DNA of 64,000 nucleotides from an uncultured Clostridia bacterium (lineage in GTDB: Bacteria > Bacillota > Clostridia > Christensenellales > UBA1242): NCBI GenBank assembly GCA_934772525.1, contig CAKVMI010000001.1:118613-182612 (forward strand). Direction: 5' to 3'. The notes beneath the pieces were generated by a model that did not search any database, was not told where the DNA came from, and saw only the letters and a list, made by a program, of their open reading frames with translations. The translations under genes and the position numbers were made by a program. This document shows, in pieces, positions 1-9,314 of this stretch. The first letter of the stretch is position 1; each line of letters begins with the position of its first letter.

Positions 1-1010
1 TAAACAAAGAAGATATTGCAGAAATAGTAAGTAGTTGGACGGGTGTTCCTGTAACAAAGTTGACCGAAAGTGAAAAACAAAAACTATTAAAACTAGAAGA
101 AGTTTTAAAAAGTAGAGTAATTGGTCAAGATGAAGCCGTTACTGCGGTTAGTAAGGCGATTAGGCGAGCAAGAGCGGGACTAAAAGACCCAAAACGTCCG
201 ATTGGTTCATTTATATTCTTAGGTCCAACTGGCGTTGGTAAAACCGAACTGACAAAGGCACTTGCAGAAGCGATGTTTGATGATGAAAATGCAATAATTA
301 GGCTAGATATGAGTGAATATATGGAAGCTCATTCGGTTAGTAAAATGATTGGTTCTCCTCCAGGATATGTTGGTTTTGATGAAGGTGGACAACTAACTGA
401 AGCTGTTAGACGTAAACCTTATTCGGTTATTTTGTTTGATGAAATCGAAAAAGCCCATCCAGATATTTTTAACTTAATGTTGCAAATATTGGACGAAGGT
501 AGATTGACCGATAGTCAAGGTAGGACGGTTAGTTTCAAAAATTGCGTTATAATTATGACAAGTAATGCTGGCGTTGCCGATCTTCCAAAAAATAATAACA
601 AACTAGGCTTCGGAACGGTAGAAGATGCAAATCAATCTATAAAAGATAAACTTATGGAAGCATTAAAAGAAAAATTTAAGCCAGAATTTATAAATAGAGT
701 GGATGTTGTAGTTATATTTAATTCTTTAAAAGAAGAAGATATAAGAAAGATTGCTTCTATTATGATTGCAAATTTAAACAAAAAGTTAAAAACGCAAGGA
801 ATAAGTGTAGGTTTTAATGAGAATGCCATAAAGGGTTTGGTGACTGAAGGGTATAGTCCAGTATATGGGGCAAGACCACTAAAAAGGGTAATTGAACAAA
901 AAGTAGAAGATAAACTTGCCGAGTGCTTGCTAAGTGGGGAAGTTGTTTCGGGTAAAAAACTTGAAGTTGATTATAAAAATGGCGAATTTTCTTTTAAATC
1001 ATTAGACTAA
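1..1010 (+). CDS. clpC: Clp/Hsp100 AAA+ ATPase, C-terminal (second AAA module) part; the 5' end lies outside the window
   Basis: The frame stays open to the window edge (NKEDIAEIVSSWTGVPVTKL...). Walker A GPTGVGKTE, Walker B ILFDEIEKAH and GARPLKR sensor motif are present. ClpC versus ClpB/ClpE cannot be settled from the C-terminus alone. Confidence 0.85.
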   Translation, partial: NKEDIAEIVSSWTGVPVTKLTESEKQKLLKLEEVLKSRVIGQDEAVTAVSKAIRRARAGLKDPKRPIGSFIFLGPTGVGKTELTKALAEAMFDDENAIIRLDMSEYMEAHSVSKMIGSPPGYVGFDEGGQLTEAVRRKPYSVILFDEIEKAHPDIFNLMLQILDEGRLTDSQGRTVSFKNCVIIMTSNAGVADLPKNNNKLGFGTVEDANQSIKDKLMEALKEKFKPEFINRVDVVVIFNSLKEEDIRKIASIMIANLNKKLKTQGISVGFNENAIKGLVTEGYSPVYGARPLKRVIEQKVEDKLAECLLSGEVVSGKKLEVDYKNGEFSFKSLD

Positions 1011-1064
1011 TTTTTTTAAATATATTATAATTATTATGTAATTTAATTAAAGGAGATTAATTTT

Positions 1065-1592
1065 ATGAAAATTGAAATAGTTGGAAGAAATTACAAAGTT
1101 AGTGATAGATTAAAATCACTTATAGAAAAAAAGATTGCTAGATTTGATAAGTTTTTCGATAAGGATGCAACAGCAAGAGTGGTTGCAACTGCAAACGGAA
1201 ACAGATACAAAATGGAGTTAAATTTATCTGCACCTTCTGTATTTGTTAGGGGTGAAGTTGAATCTGATAATATGTATCAAAATCTTGATAACTGTATTGC
1301 AAAGGTTGAACGTCAAATCGTTAAACACAGTGATAGATTTGTAGATAAGCGTAATGCAAAGAAGACAGATTTCGCAGAATTTGAATATGTAGAAGACGAA
1401 CCAAAGTTTGAAAGTGCAAAAATTACTAAGCGTAAAACTTATGAACTAACTCCTATGAGCGAAAAAGAAGCTTTGGATCAAATGGAAATGGTTGGTAATG
1501 ACTTCTTTATCTTTATGCATGATAAACTAAACACCGTTTGCGTTCTTTATAAAAAGGCAGATGGCACAATAGGATTTATTGAAACTAAGTAA
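1065..1592 (+). CDS. hpf: Ribosome hibernation-promoting factor, long form
   Basis: 175 aa. N-terminus MKIEIVGRNYKVSDRLK... is typical of the S30AE/HPF fold, followed by a C-terminal dimerisation-type extension. AGGAG lies 8 nt upstream of the ATG. Confidence 0.85.
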   Translation: MKIEIVGRNYKVSDRLKSLIEKKIARFDKFFDKDATARVVATANGNRYKMELNLSAPSVFVRGEVESDNMYQNLDNCIAKVERQIVKHSDRFVDKRNAKKTDFAEFEYVEDEPKFESAKITKRKTYELTPMSEKEALDQMEMVGNDFFIFMHDKLNTVCVLYKKADGTIGFIETK

Positions 1593-2094
1593 ATATTTTA
1601 TAAGTCGGTAAGATTATCTTACCGATTTTTTTATATTCGTTAATAATTTGCTCTATATCATTTTCGTTTGGGTCTTCAAAGAAAATTGTTGGAGAATGTG
1701 TGACATCAATAATTTCTTCTAAATTAATTACAATATCCATTCGTTTTTGATTGGGCTTTAATTTTAAGTTGAAGTACAAATAGTCTTCGTAACCATTTTT
1801 GTAACAAAGAAGATTTACAATATAATAATCTCCCTTTTTCCAACTATCTGCAAGTTGTAATCTAATTACTGGAGTTTTGCCGTATTTGTTTGTTTGATAA
1901 TATGTGCGATTATTGATTATGCAAACAGTAGCGTTATTTAGATATGAATTATTATTACAACAAACGCTTACTTGAAAGTATGAAATATTTATTTTAGACG
2001 CAGTAGTTTTAGTAATTGGAGAGTATAACAAAATAGCGGTTGTAATTATACACACGCAAACAAAAATTGAGTACTTAAAACAAAATGTTTTCAT
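1585..2094 (-). CDS. Small hypothetical protein with an N-terminal hydrophobic anchor or signal
   Basis: Start moved to ATG 2094 (MKTFCFKYSIFVCVCIITTAILL...). The upstream part of the tracked ORF is AT-rich promoter-like DNA. I recognise no family. Confidence 0.4.
   Translation of the reverse strand: MKTFCFKYSIFVCVCIITTAILLYSPITKTTASKINISYFQVSVCCNNNSYLNNATVCIINNRTYYQTNKYGKTPVIRLQLADSWKKGDYYIVNLLCYKNGYEDYLYFNLKLKPNQKRMDIVINLEEIIDVTHSPTIFFEDPNENDIEQIINEYKKIGKIILPTYKIFT
1605..1632 (+). terminator. Rho-independent terminator after hpf
   Basis: 8-bp stem TCGGTAAG/CTTACCGA, 5-nt loop, then a T7 run. Confidence 0.7.
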
Positions 2095-2152
2095 AATTAA
2101 TTTTATTGAAAAAATATTTTCGTATGAATAAAAAATATTGTATAATAAATAT

Positions 2153-3079
2153 ATGGAAAAGATAGAAATTAATAATTTAACAAAAAAATATGGTAACGTT
2201 GAAGCACTTAGCAATGTTTCGTTTAGTGTTTTTAATGGCGAGCATATTTTGCTTGTTGGAAAAACTGGTGCAGGGCTTACTACATTACTTGATATAATTA
2301 GCGGTGTGAGCGATTACTTAGGAAGTGTAAAAATTGACGGAATTGAGCGGACAGAAGTTGACAATAAAAATTTATTGATTAGTTATGTAACTTATCCATC
2401 GACTTTTTTAAGGGGTAGTGTAAAGAAAAATATCAACTACATAGCAAAATTAGTGAATAAAAATTTAACGAAAGAAGAGTGTGTGGATTTAGCAGGAAAG
2501 TATCATTTGTCATTAAAAAGCAATGTAAAAAAGTTAAGTGAAATTGAAAAAATATTTTTAAATTTGCTTCGAATTGAAATAAAAAATAGTGAAATTGTCT
2601 TAATAGATTTTGATAAATTGTTTGAAAATATTCCGACAACTTCAGAGTCTTATTGCGAGATTGTTGCATGGTTGAATAATTTTTCGGGGACGCTCATAGT
2701 TGCTGAAAACGGGCAAAATTTAGCCCTATTTTACAAAGGTAAGATTTTAAATTTTAATTTTGGCGTTAAAAATGACAATTTTTCGATTGAAAATGAATTG
2801 TTGTTTCCGAGTAATATTTTTGCATTTTCGCTTGCTAAAAAATTAAAAGGTGAAATGGTTCAAGTAAAAAATTTCACTCTACAAAAATTAATGGGTGGGT
2901 ATTCGGTTACATCAAATTACGACTACAATTTAACGCAAAAAGATTTTGATAAAATTTATGAAAAAGTTATGCCACCTAAAAAGAACTCCGAGATAATCGT
3001 TGAGTTTATTGACGATTATTATTTTGATGCGTTAAGTGGTAGGTTCTTGTGTAAAATATCCAAAGAGAATAATTTATAA
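2153..3079 (+). CDS. ABC-ATPase-like protein with degenerate catalytic motifs
   Basis: N-terminus NNLTKKYGNVEALSNVSFSVFNGEHILLVGKTGAGLTTLL follows the ABC layout. The Walker A Lys-Ser/Thr is replaced (GAGLTT), the signature is LSEIEK rather than LSGGQ, and Walker B is VLIDFD. Start set at ATG 2153 (the track uses TTG 2138). Confidence 0.6.
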   Translation: MEKIEINNLTKKYGNVEALSNVSFSVFNGEHILLVGKTGAGLTTLLDIISGVSDYLGSVKIDGIERTEVDNKNLLISYVTYPSTFLRGSVKKNINYIAKLVNKNLTKEECVDLAGKYHLSLKSNVKKLSEIEKIFLNLLRIEIKNSEIVLIDFDKLFENIPTTSESYCEIVAWLNNFSGTLIVAENGQNLALFYKGKILNFNFGVKNDNFSIENELLFPSNIFAFSLAKKLKGEMVQVKNFTLQKLMGGYSVTSNYDYNLTQKDFDKIYEKVMPPKKNSEIIVEFIDDYYFDALSGRFLCKISKENNL

Positions 3080-3148
3080 AATTACTTGAAAAATCTTTTA
3101 TTATTTGGTATATTATATTCGTATTAAATTTTGCAGGGGGAGAAAAAT

Positions 3149-3520
3149 ATGGCTTGCAAAGAAAATGTAGAAAGATTAATTAATTTAAAGGCGAAGTCTA
3201 TCAATTGTCTAGATAAAAATGGGCTTTTGAATATCCTTGTGGATTACGTTCCAATGAAGGATATGTTGGCATTTTCCAATGACCTTATTGACGATAAGTT
3301 TAGGGGAATTATGGAAAATGAAGATATGACTAGATGTGTGGAATATTTCTTTGAGTGTGACTTGAATGTTGCAGAAACATCAAGAAAGTCTTTTTTGCAC
3401 AGAAATACTTTGCTTTATAGATTGGATAGAATTCAAAGTTTAACTGGCTTAAATTTGCGTAATTTTAACGATGCGGTTACATTTAAGTTGTTAATGCTTA
3501 TCTACAATTTAACTAAGTAG
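3149..3520 (+). CDS. Small PucR-type C-terminal HTH regulator-like protein
   Basis: C-terminus ETSRKSFLHRNTLLYRLDRIQSLTGLNLRNFNDAVTFKLL matches the PucR/CdaR HTH signature (HRNTL.YRL..I...G). GGGGGA RBS lies before ATG 3149. Confidence 0.55.
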   Translation: MACKENVERLINLKAKSINCLDKNGLLNILVDYVPMKDMLAFSNDLIDDKFRGIMENEDMTRCVEYFFECDLNVAETSRKSFLHRNTLLYRLDRIQSLTGLNLRNFNDAVTFKLLMLIYNLTK

Positions 3521-3538
3521 GTTTAATTTCGTTTTATT

Positions 3539-4180
3539 ATGAATAAACAATCAAAAATAGATTTGGTTCAAAAACTTATTGATTATTATCCAAAGGATGC
3601 TTGCGCATTAAATTTTTCTAATTGCTACGAACTTTTAGTGGCGGTTATACTTTCTGCTCAGTGCACAGATAAAAGGGTGAATGTGGTAACTGCTGAATTA
3701 TTTAAGGTTGCATCTACGCCAGAAGAAATGCTAAAACTTGGAGAAGAAGGTTTAAAAAATTACATTAGGTCTTGCGGGTTTTATAACGCAAAGGCGAAAA
3801 ATATAATTTCTGCAACTATGGATATAATTAACAAGTACAATGGAGTTGTTCCGAGTACCAGAGAAGAACTTGTTAGTCTGGCGGGCGTTGGTGAAAAAGT
3901 TGCAAGTGTTGTGCTTGCGGTTTGGTATAAAGTCCCGGCAATTGCAGTGGATACTCATGTGTTTAGGCTTAGTAAAAGGCTTGGTTTGTGCAACGAAAAT
4001 ACTCCAACTGCAACAATGAAAAAGCTTGAAAATATTTTACCGAAGTCTATGTGGAGAGATGGTCATTATGCCATAGTTTTGCATGGTAGAACATTTTGTA
4101 GAGCGGTTAATCCAAATTGTGATGAGTGTTTTATAAGAGACAACTGCCCTAAATTAAATTTAAAGAAGAAAGGAAAATAA
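3539..4180 (+). CDS. nth: Endonuclease III (HhH-GPD DNA glycosylase/AP lyase with Fe-S cluster)
   Basis: HhH motif LAGVGEKVASVVL, catalytic-region AVDTHVFR, and a C-terminal Cys cluster CRAVNPNCDECFIRDNC. Confidence 0.9.
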   Translation: MNKQSKIDLVQKLIDYYPKDACALNFSNCYELLVAVILSAQCTDKRVNVVTAELFKVASTPEEMLKLGEEGLKNYIRSCGFYNAKAKNIISATMDIINKYNGVVPSTREELVSLAGVGEKVASVVLAVWYKVPAIAVDTHVFRLSKRLGLCNENTPTATMKKLENILPKSMWRDGHYAIVLHGRTFCRAVNPNCDECFIRDNCPKLNLKKKGK

Positions 4181-4183
4181 AAA

Positions 4184-5461
4184 ATGTACGACGATAGAGT
4201 TAAGATTTTTATAAAGTCTGGTAATGGTGGAAATGGTAAAGTTTCTTTTCATACGGCAAAGTGTGTAAGAGTTGGTGCTCCTGACGGCGGTGACGGCGGT
4301 AGGGGTGGCGACATTATTATCCGTGCAGATAAAAATGTTACTGACCTTGGGGAGTTTAGATACTCAAAGTGCTTTAAAGCCGGCAATGGTTGGGCAGGTG
4401 GACCAAATACTTCTACTGGTAAAACGGGCGAAAGCGTTTTAATTAAAGTTCCTTGTGGAACTATCGTAAAAGATAATGAAACGGGCGGAGTTTTGGCAGA
4501 CCTATTCTATGACGGCGATGAAGTTATTGCAATGCATGGTGGCGAAGGTGGAAGGGGAAATGCTAAGTTTAAGTCTAGCAGAAGAAAATCTCCAACATTC
4601 GCCCAAACGGGCGAGGTTACTAAGGAAGAATGCCTTATTTTAGAATTAAAAACTATTGCGGATGTTGGACTAGTAGGTTATCCAAATGCTGGAAAATCTA
4701 CCTTGCTTTCAGTTTTAACTTCGGCAAGACCAAAAATTGCGAATTATCAATTTACCACACTTTCTCCAAATCTTGGAGTTGCAAGGGTTTATGATAAATC
4801 ATTTACAATAGCAGATATTCCGGGTCTTATTGAAGGTGCAAGTGAAGGGGCAGGTTTAGGACATTACTTTTTGCGTCACGTTGAAAGAACAAGGTTATTT
4901 TTGATGGTTGTAGATATTTCTGGAGAGGAAGGTCGTGACCCATACAAAGATTACAGAATAATTTCAAACGAATTGAAAAAACATGATAAGTCACTTGATA
5001 AAACGCCAAGAATAATAGTTTTAAATAAAATGGATACATTGGAAGCCGAAAAGAATGCAAAGAGTTTTATTACAAGACTTAATAAGACTAAAAATGCACC
5101 AAAAGTTATTAAGATTTCTGCATACACGCATATGGGAATAGAAGAACTTTTAACAGAAACGGCAAAGATGATAGAGAAATTACCAAAGCCAGAACCTATC
5201 AAGTTTGAGAAGTTTGAATACAAAAAGGCAGACCCTACAATGTATGATATAGTTCGTGATGATGATGGAGCGTTTGAAATTATTGGTGGTTTTGTAGATG
5301 AGCTTATAAGAAATGTAGTTTTGAGTGATACTCAAAGTTTTGCGTATTTCCAAAAGGTTTTAAAAGATAAAGGCATTATTAAGCAATTAAGAAAAATGGG
5401 TGCAAAAGACGGCGATACAGTACGAATTGCAGACTTTGATTTCGAATTTTATGATGATTAG
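4184..5461 (+). CDS. obg: GTPase Obg
   Basis: Gly-rich Obg fold (GNGGNGKVSF, GGDGGRGGD, GGEGGRGN), G1 GYPNAGKST, G3 DIPGLIEGA, G4 NKMD, and a C-terminal OCT-type domain. Confidence 0.95.
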   Translation: MYDDRVKIFIKSGNGGNGKVSFHTAKCVRVGAPDGGDGGRGGDIIIRADKNVTDLGEFRYSKCFKAGNGWAGGPNTSTGKTGESVLIKVPCGTIVKDNETGGVLADLFYDGDEVIAMHGGEGGRGNAKFKSSRRKSPTFAQTGEVTKEECLILELKTIADVGLVGYPNAGKSTLLSVLTSARPKIANYQFTTLSPNLGVARVYDKSFTIADIPGLIEGASEGAGLGHYFLRHVERTRLFLMVVDISGEEGRDPYKDYRIISNELKKHDKSLDKTPRIIVLNKMDTLEAEKNAKSFITRLNKTKNAPKVIKISAYTHMGIEELLTETAKMIEKLPKPEPIKFEKFEYKKADPTMYDIVRDDDGAFEIIGGFVDELIRNVVLSDTQSFAYFQKVLKDKGIIKQLRKMGAKDGDTVRIADFDFEFYDD

Positions 5462-5473
5462 GAGAATTTATTT

Positions 5474-5770
5474 ATGTTAGATAGTAAACAAAGAAGTATT
5501 TTACGTGCGAAGGCACAATCGCTAGACCCAGTAGTTACATTAGGTAAGGGCGAAATAGACGAAGATGTAATGTTTTCTATAAATGGAGTACTTGATACTC
5601 GTGAACTTATAAAAATTAACATTTTACAAAATTCAGATTTTGATGCCAGAACGGTAGCGGATGAAGTTGCAAATGTGTTAAAAGCGGATGTTGTATCTGT
5701 TGTTGGAAGAAAGATTGTTCTTTATAGAAAGAGTACCAAAAAGGGCGTAAAACATATAGAAATTTGTTAG
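5474..5770 (+). CDS. yhbY: YhbY/CRM-domain RNA-binding protein
   Basis: 98 aa. LDSKQRSILRAKAQSLDPVVTLGKGEI...ELIKINIL matches the YhbY signature. Confidence 0.8.
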   Translation: MLDSKQRSILRAKAQSLDPVVTLGKGEIDEDVMFSINGVLDTRELIKINILQNSDFDARTVADEVANVLKADVVSVVGRKIVLYRKSTKKGVKHIEIC

Positions 5771-5780
5771 GAGAAAAATA

Positions 5781-6821
5781 ATGGAAAAGATTAACGAATC
5801 GGTAGAACTTGTAGGAAAAGAGTTCGATGAAAAGTATAATAATTGCAACAATGCAGAAGAGTTAGATTCATTAAGAGTTGAATTTTCGGGCAAAAAGGGA
5901 AAACTTACCGAAATTATGGCAATGCTTAGAGATGTTGCAAACGAAAAGAAAAGAGAAGCAGGAATGAAAATAAATGCTTTAAAACAAAGAATTGAAGAAG
6001 CACTAGCAAGTAAAAAAGAAAAATTAGCAGAAGAGAAGTTGCAAAAAGAGTTGGATTGTGGAGAAAAGGTTGATATTACAATGCCAGTTTGCACAGGTGT
6101 TGGTTCGCTCCATCCAAGAACAATTGTTCAACAAGAACTAGAAAATGTGTTTAAATCTATGGGCTTTGTTGTAGAAGATGGTACGGAAGTCGTAACAGAA
6201 TACGAGTGCTTTGACGCTGTTAATGTTCCAGCAAATCACCCTGCTCGTGATATGCAAGATACCTTTTGGTTAAATAATGGTGAACTTTTAAAAACACAAA
6301 CTTCTGCGCTTCAAAATGCAATTTTAAGAAAATATGGCGGTCATGTTAGAGCAATATTCCCAGGTAGATGTTATAGAAATGAAGCAATTGACCACTCACA
6401 TGAAACTACATTTTTCCAAATGGAAGGCGTGGTTGTAGATGAAAATGTGTCAGTTGCAAACCTTATTTACTTTATGAAAGAGATGCTTAGCAAAGTGTTT
6501 GGTAAAGAAGTCGAAGTAAGACTTCGCCCAGGATTTTTCCCATTTACAGAACCAAGTTTTGAACTTGATGTGCTTTGTCCTTTCTGTGGCGGAAGCGGTT
6601 GTTCGGTTTGTAAACATGGTTCGTGGATAGAACTTTGTCCTTGCGGAATGATTCATCCAAATGTACTAAAAGAAGCGGGTGTTGATAGTACTAAGTATAG
6701 CGGTTTTGCGTTTGGACTTGGACTTGATAGATTAGTTATGATTAAGTCTGAAATGGATGATATTAGATGGCTAAATAGCGGAAACTTAAAGGTTTTAAAG
6801 CAATTTGGTTTGGATATGTAA
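5781..6821 (+). CDS. pheS: Phenylalanine--tRNA ligase alpha subunit
   Basis: Class II motifs (HPARDMQDTFW, FPGRCYRNE, GFAFGLGLDRL). It immediately precedes pheT. Confidence 0.95.
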   Translation: MEKINESVELVGKEFDEKYNNCNNAEELDSLRVEFSGKKGKLTEIMAMLRDVANEKKREAGMKINALKQRIEEALASKKEKLAEEKLQKELDCGEKVDITMPVCTGVGSLHPRTIVQQELENVFKSMGFVVEDGTEVVTEYECFDAVNVPANHPARDMQDTFWLNNGELLKTQTSALQNAILRKYGGHVRAIFPGRCYRNEAIDHSHETTFFQMEGVVVDENVSVANLIYFMKEMLSKVFGKEVEVRLRPGFFPFTEPSFELDVLCPFCGGSGCSVCKHGSWIELCPCGMIHPNVLKEAGVDSTKYSGFAFGLGLDRLVMIKSEMDDIRWLNSGNLKVLKQFGLDM

Positions 6822-6833
6822 AGGAGAAAAGTT

Positions 6834-9212
6834 ATGATTATATCATTAAATTGGTTAAAAGAGTTGGTTGATCTTAGCGGAATTGCGGAAGATGAAATAG
6901 TGAAAAAGATTACACTTTCAACCGCTGAAGTAGAAGGCGTTACCCATGCTGGAAGCGATATGGAAGATGTCGTAATAGCAAAAGTTGAAACTTGTGAAAA
7001 GATTGAGGGTACACACCTAAATCTATTATCTGTAAACGATGGTAGTGGTGAGAATTTGCAAATTGCTACGGGGGCTCCAAATGTTTATGCTGGTATGGTA
7101 ACTGCACTTGTAAGAATTGGCGGTATGGTTGGTGGCAGAAAGATTAAAAAAGCGAAACTTGCTGGAATTGATAGTTACGGAATGTGTTGCTCAGAAGCCG
7201 AACTTGGTATAGGCTCTGATGATGAAGGAATTGTTGACTTTAAGGAGTTAAATGTTCCACTTGGTACAAGCATAAAGGAAGTTTTGCCAGTAGATGACTG
7301 TTTGATAGAGATTGATAACAAGTCACTTACTAATCGTCCTGACCTTTGGGGGCATGTTGGTTTTGCAAGAGAACTTGCCGTTATATTTGATAGACAAATG
7401 AAGCCATATGATACAATAGATCTATCAAAACTAGATGGACTTAAGACCCCATCTATTAAGGTTGAAACCGATAAGTGTATGCGTTATTCTGCAATTGATG
7501 TAGAAAATGTTACAGTAAAGAAATCTCCACGCATAATTAAGTTAAGATTAAATTATTGCGGGCTTAGAGATATTAACTTACTAGCAGACCTTACAAACTA
7601 CTTGATGCTAGAACTTGGAACTCCTATGCATGCGTTTGATAGTAGTGTGGTTGATGGCGTTATTGTTCGTGAAGCAAAGGAAAATGAAGAACTTTTAACA
7701 CTTGAAGGTGAAGTTCATAAGGTTCAAAAGGGTTCAATATTAATTTGCGATACAAACAATGTACCAGTTGCAATAGCAGGTATAAAGGGTGGAAAGTTGT
7801 CTGGTATTAGCGATGATACAACGGGCTTTTTACTAGAAAGTGCGGTGTTTGAGTCTTCTACAATTAGAAAGGCTTCTAAGGCGATTGGTTTAACTACAGA
7901 TGCATCGCTTAGATACGAAAAGTCGTTGGATGCTGAACTTACTACTGTTGCAATATCAAGACTTTTAAAATTACTTTCAGATATTGATAGCGGAATTGTA
8001 ATTGCATCAAGTGTTGGTGATGTCCAAACTGCAGAAGTTAAAACTATAAAGATTGCGGTAGAATGCGACTTTATTCGCAAAAGAATTGGCGTAGATTCTA
8101 TTAGTAATGAATTTATTGAAAACACTTTAAAGAAGTTAGGTTTTGTAATAGAAAGTAGCAATAACGGAAGCTTAATAGTTGTTGTACCATCTTATAGAGC
8201 CACTAAAGATATATCAATTAGAGAAGATTTAGTAGAAGAAATTGCAAGGCTTTATGGATACGATAATATTGTTCCAAAAACATTAAAAATGTCTGTAGAA
8301 CCAGTATTACAAGACTCAAAGCATGTACTTGAATATAAAACTAAGAGATTGCTTGCTGAAAAGTATGGTTTTAATGAAGTTCATAGTTATATTTGGAATT
8401 ATACCGATTACAATCAAGGTTTGGGTATTAGTAGTAAAAGCTTTGTAGAACTACTAGACAGTTCTAATAGCGGTCAAAGTGGAATAAGAAGTGAAATGCT
8501 TCCTACATTAATTAAGTTCTTTGATGAAAATAAGAATAATTTTGATAGTATAAGAATTGAAGAAATCGGTAGAGTGGTAACTGGGCTAGATGAAAACAAT
8601 TTGGCTATAGAAGAGAAGCATTTGGGCTTAGTTATGTCAAGTGCTAAAGCTTCTGAAAAGGACTTGTATTTTGAAATGAAACAAATAGTAGAAAATTTAT
8701 GCGAATCTCTTTCAAAACAAAAAGCAAGTTATACAGGTAGTACTTCAAATAAACTATTCCATCCAAATATGAGTACCGATTGTATAATAAATGGCGAAAA
8801 TGTTGGTAGTTTTGGTATTATGCATCCAGAGATTAGATCAAAATTAGATAAGAAAGTCAATATTTGCATGCTAGAATTTAATTTTGATAAATTTATGGTT
8901 CTTTCAAGCCAAACAAAGACATACAAACAAGTTTCTAAATATCAATCTGTTGATTTAGACTTTAATTTCCTAGTTCCAAAGACTATGAAATTTGAAGATA
9001 TAGAAAAACTAATAAGCGAATTTAGATGTAAGTTTGTAGTTAAATACAAATTACTTGATGTTTATGAGAATGCAGATTTTGGTGGATGCAGATCAATGAC
9101 TCTAAGATTTAACATTTGTTCAACCGAACATACATTAAGTAATGGAGAAATAGAAAGCTTTACAAAAAGACTTACCGACCACTTTAAACAAGCATCAATA
9201 AATTTAAGGTAA
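6834..9212 (+). CDS. pheT: Phenylalanine--tRNA ligase beta subunit
   Basis: 792 aa. N-terminus MIISLNWLKELVDL, tRNA-binding, B3/4 and B5 regions, and a C-terminal anticodon-binding-like domain. Confidence 0.95.
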   Translation: MIISLNWLKELVDLSGIAEDEIVKKITLSTAEVEGVTHAGSDMEDVVIAKVETCEKIEGTHLNLLSVNDGSGENLQIATGAPNVYAGMVTALVRIGGMVGGRKIKKAKLAGIDSYGMCCSEAELGIGSDDEGIVDFKELNVPLGTSIKEVLPVDDCLIEIDNKSLTNRPDLWGHVGFARELAVIFDRQMKPYDTIDLSKLDGLKTPSIKVETDKCMRYSAIDVENVTVKKSPRIIKLRLNYCGLRDINLLADLTNYLMLELGTPMHAFDSSVVDGVIVREAKENEELLTLEGEVHKVQKGSILICDTNNVPVAIAGIKGGKLSGISDDTTGFLLESAVFESSTIRKASKAIGLTTDASLRYEKSLDAELTTVAISRLLKLLSDIDSGIVIASSVGDVQTAEVKTIKIAVECDFIRKRIGVDSISNEFIENTLKKLGFVIESSNNGSLIVVVPSYRATKDISIREDLVEEIARLYGYDNIVPKTLKMSVEPVLQDSKHVLEYKTKRLLAEKYGFNEVHSYIWNYTDYNQGLGISSKSFVELLDSSNSGQSGIRSEMLPTLIKFFDENKNNFDSIRIEEIGRVVTGLDENNLAIEEKHLGLVMSSAKASEKDLYFEMKQIVENLCESLSKQKASYTGSTSNKLFHPNMSTDCIINGENVGSFGIMHPEIRSKLDKKVNICMLEFNFDKFMVLSSQTKTYKQVSKYQSVDLDFNFLVPKTMKFEDIEKLISEFRCKFVVKYKLLDVYENADFGGCRSMTLRFNICSTEHTLSNGEIESFTKRLTDHFKQASINLR

Positions 9213-9218
9213 AAAATA

Positions 9219-9249
9219 GTGGATAGTATTAATTACTATCCGCTTTTTT
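9219..9249 (+). terminator. Rho-independent terminator after pheT
   Basis: 10-bp stem GTGGATAGTA/TACTATCCGC followed by a T6 run. Confidence 0.75.
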
Positions 9250-9252
9250 ATT

Positions 9253-9280
9253 TTGTTATATTAATTATTTTTGTTATAAT
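9253..9280 (+). promoter_or_regulatory. Sigma-A-type promoter for the glucosidase gene
   Basis: TTGTTA, 16-nt spacer, TATAAT, with a TGn extended -10. Confidence 0.5.
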
Positions 9281-9314
9281 ATTATAGTAATTTATTTGCT
9301 ATGGAGATTAATAA

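Noticed and set aside
5771-5780. Expected T-box leader in front of pheS, and another in front of the class I lysS at 37036-37130.
   Set aside because: pheS starts 10 nt after yhbY, which leaves no room. The lysK leader is only about 95 nt and contains no T-box consensus or specifier/antiterminator architecture.
5678-8161. Antisense ORFs inside pheS and pheT (5678-6094, 6450-6656, 7724-8161). Similar ones occur inside obg, pdp, murF, the DUF1538 gene (24473-25132), lysK and the surface-protein gene.
   Set aside because: They lie wholly inside strongly supported conserved genes on the other strand. They have no RBSs and show compositionally biased translations.
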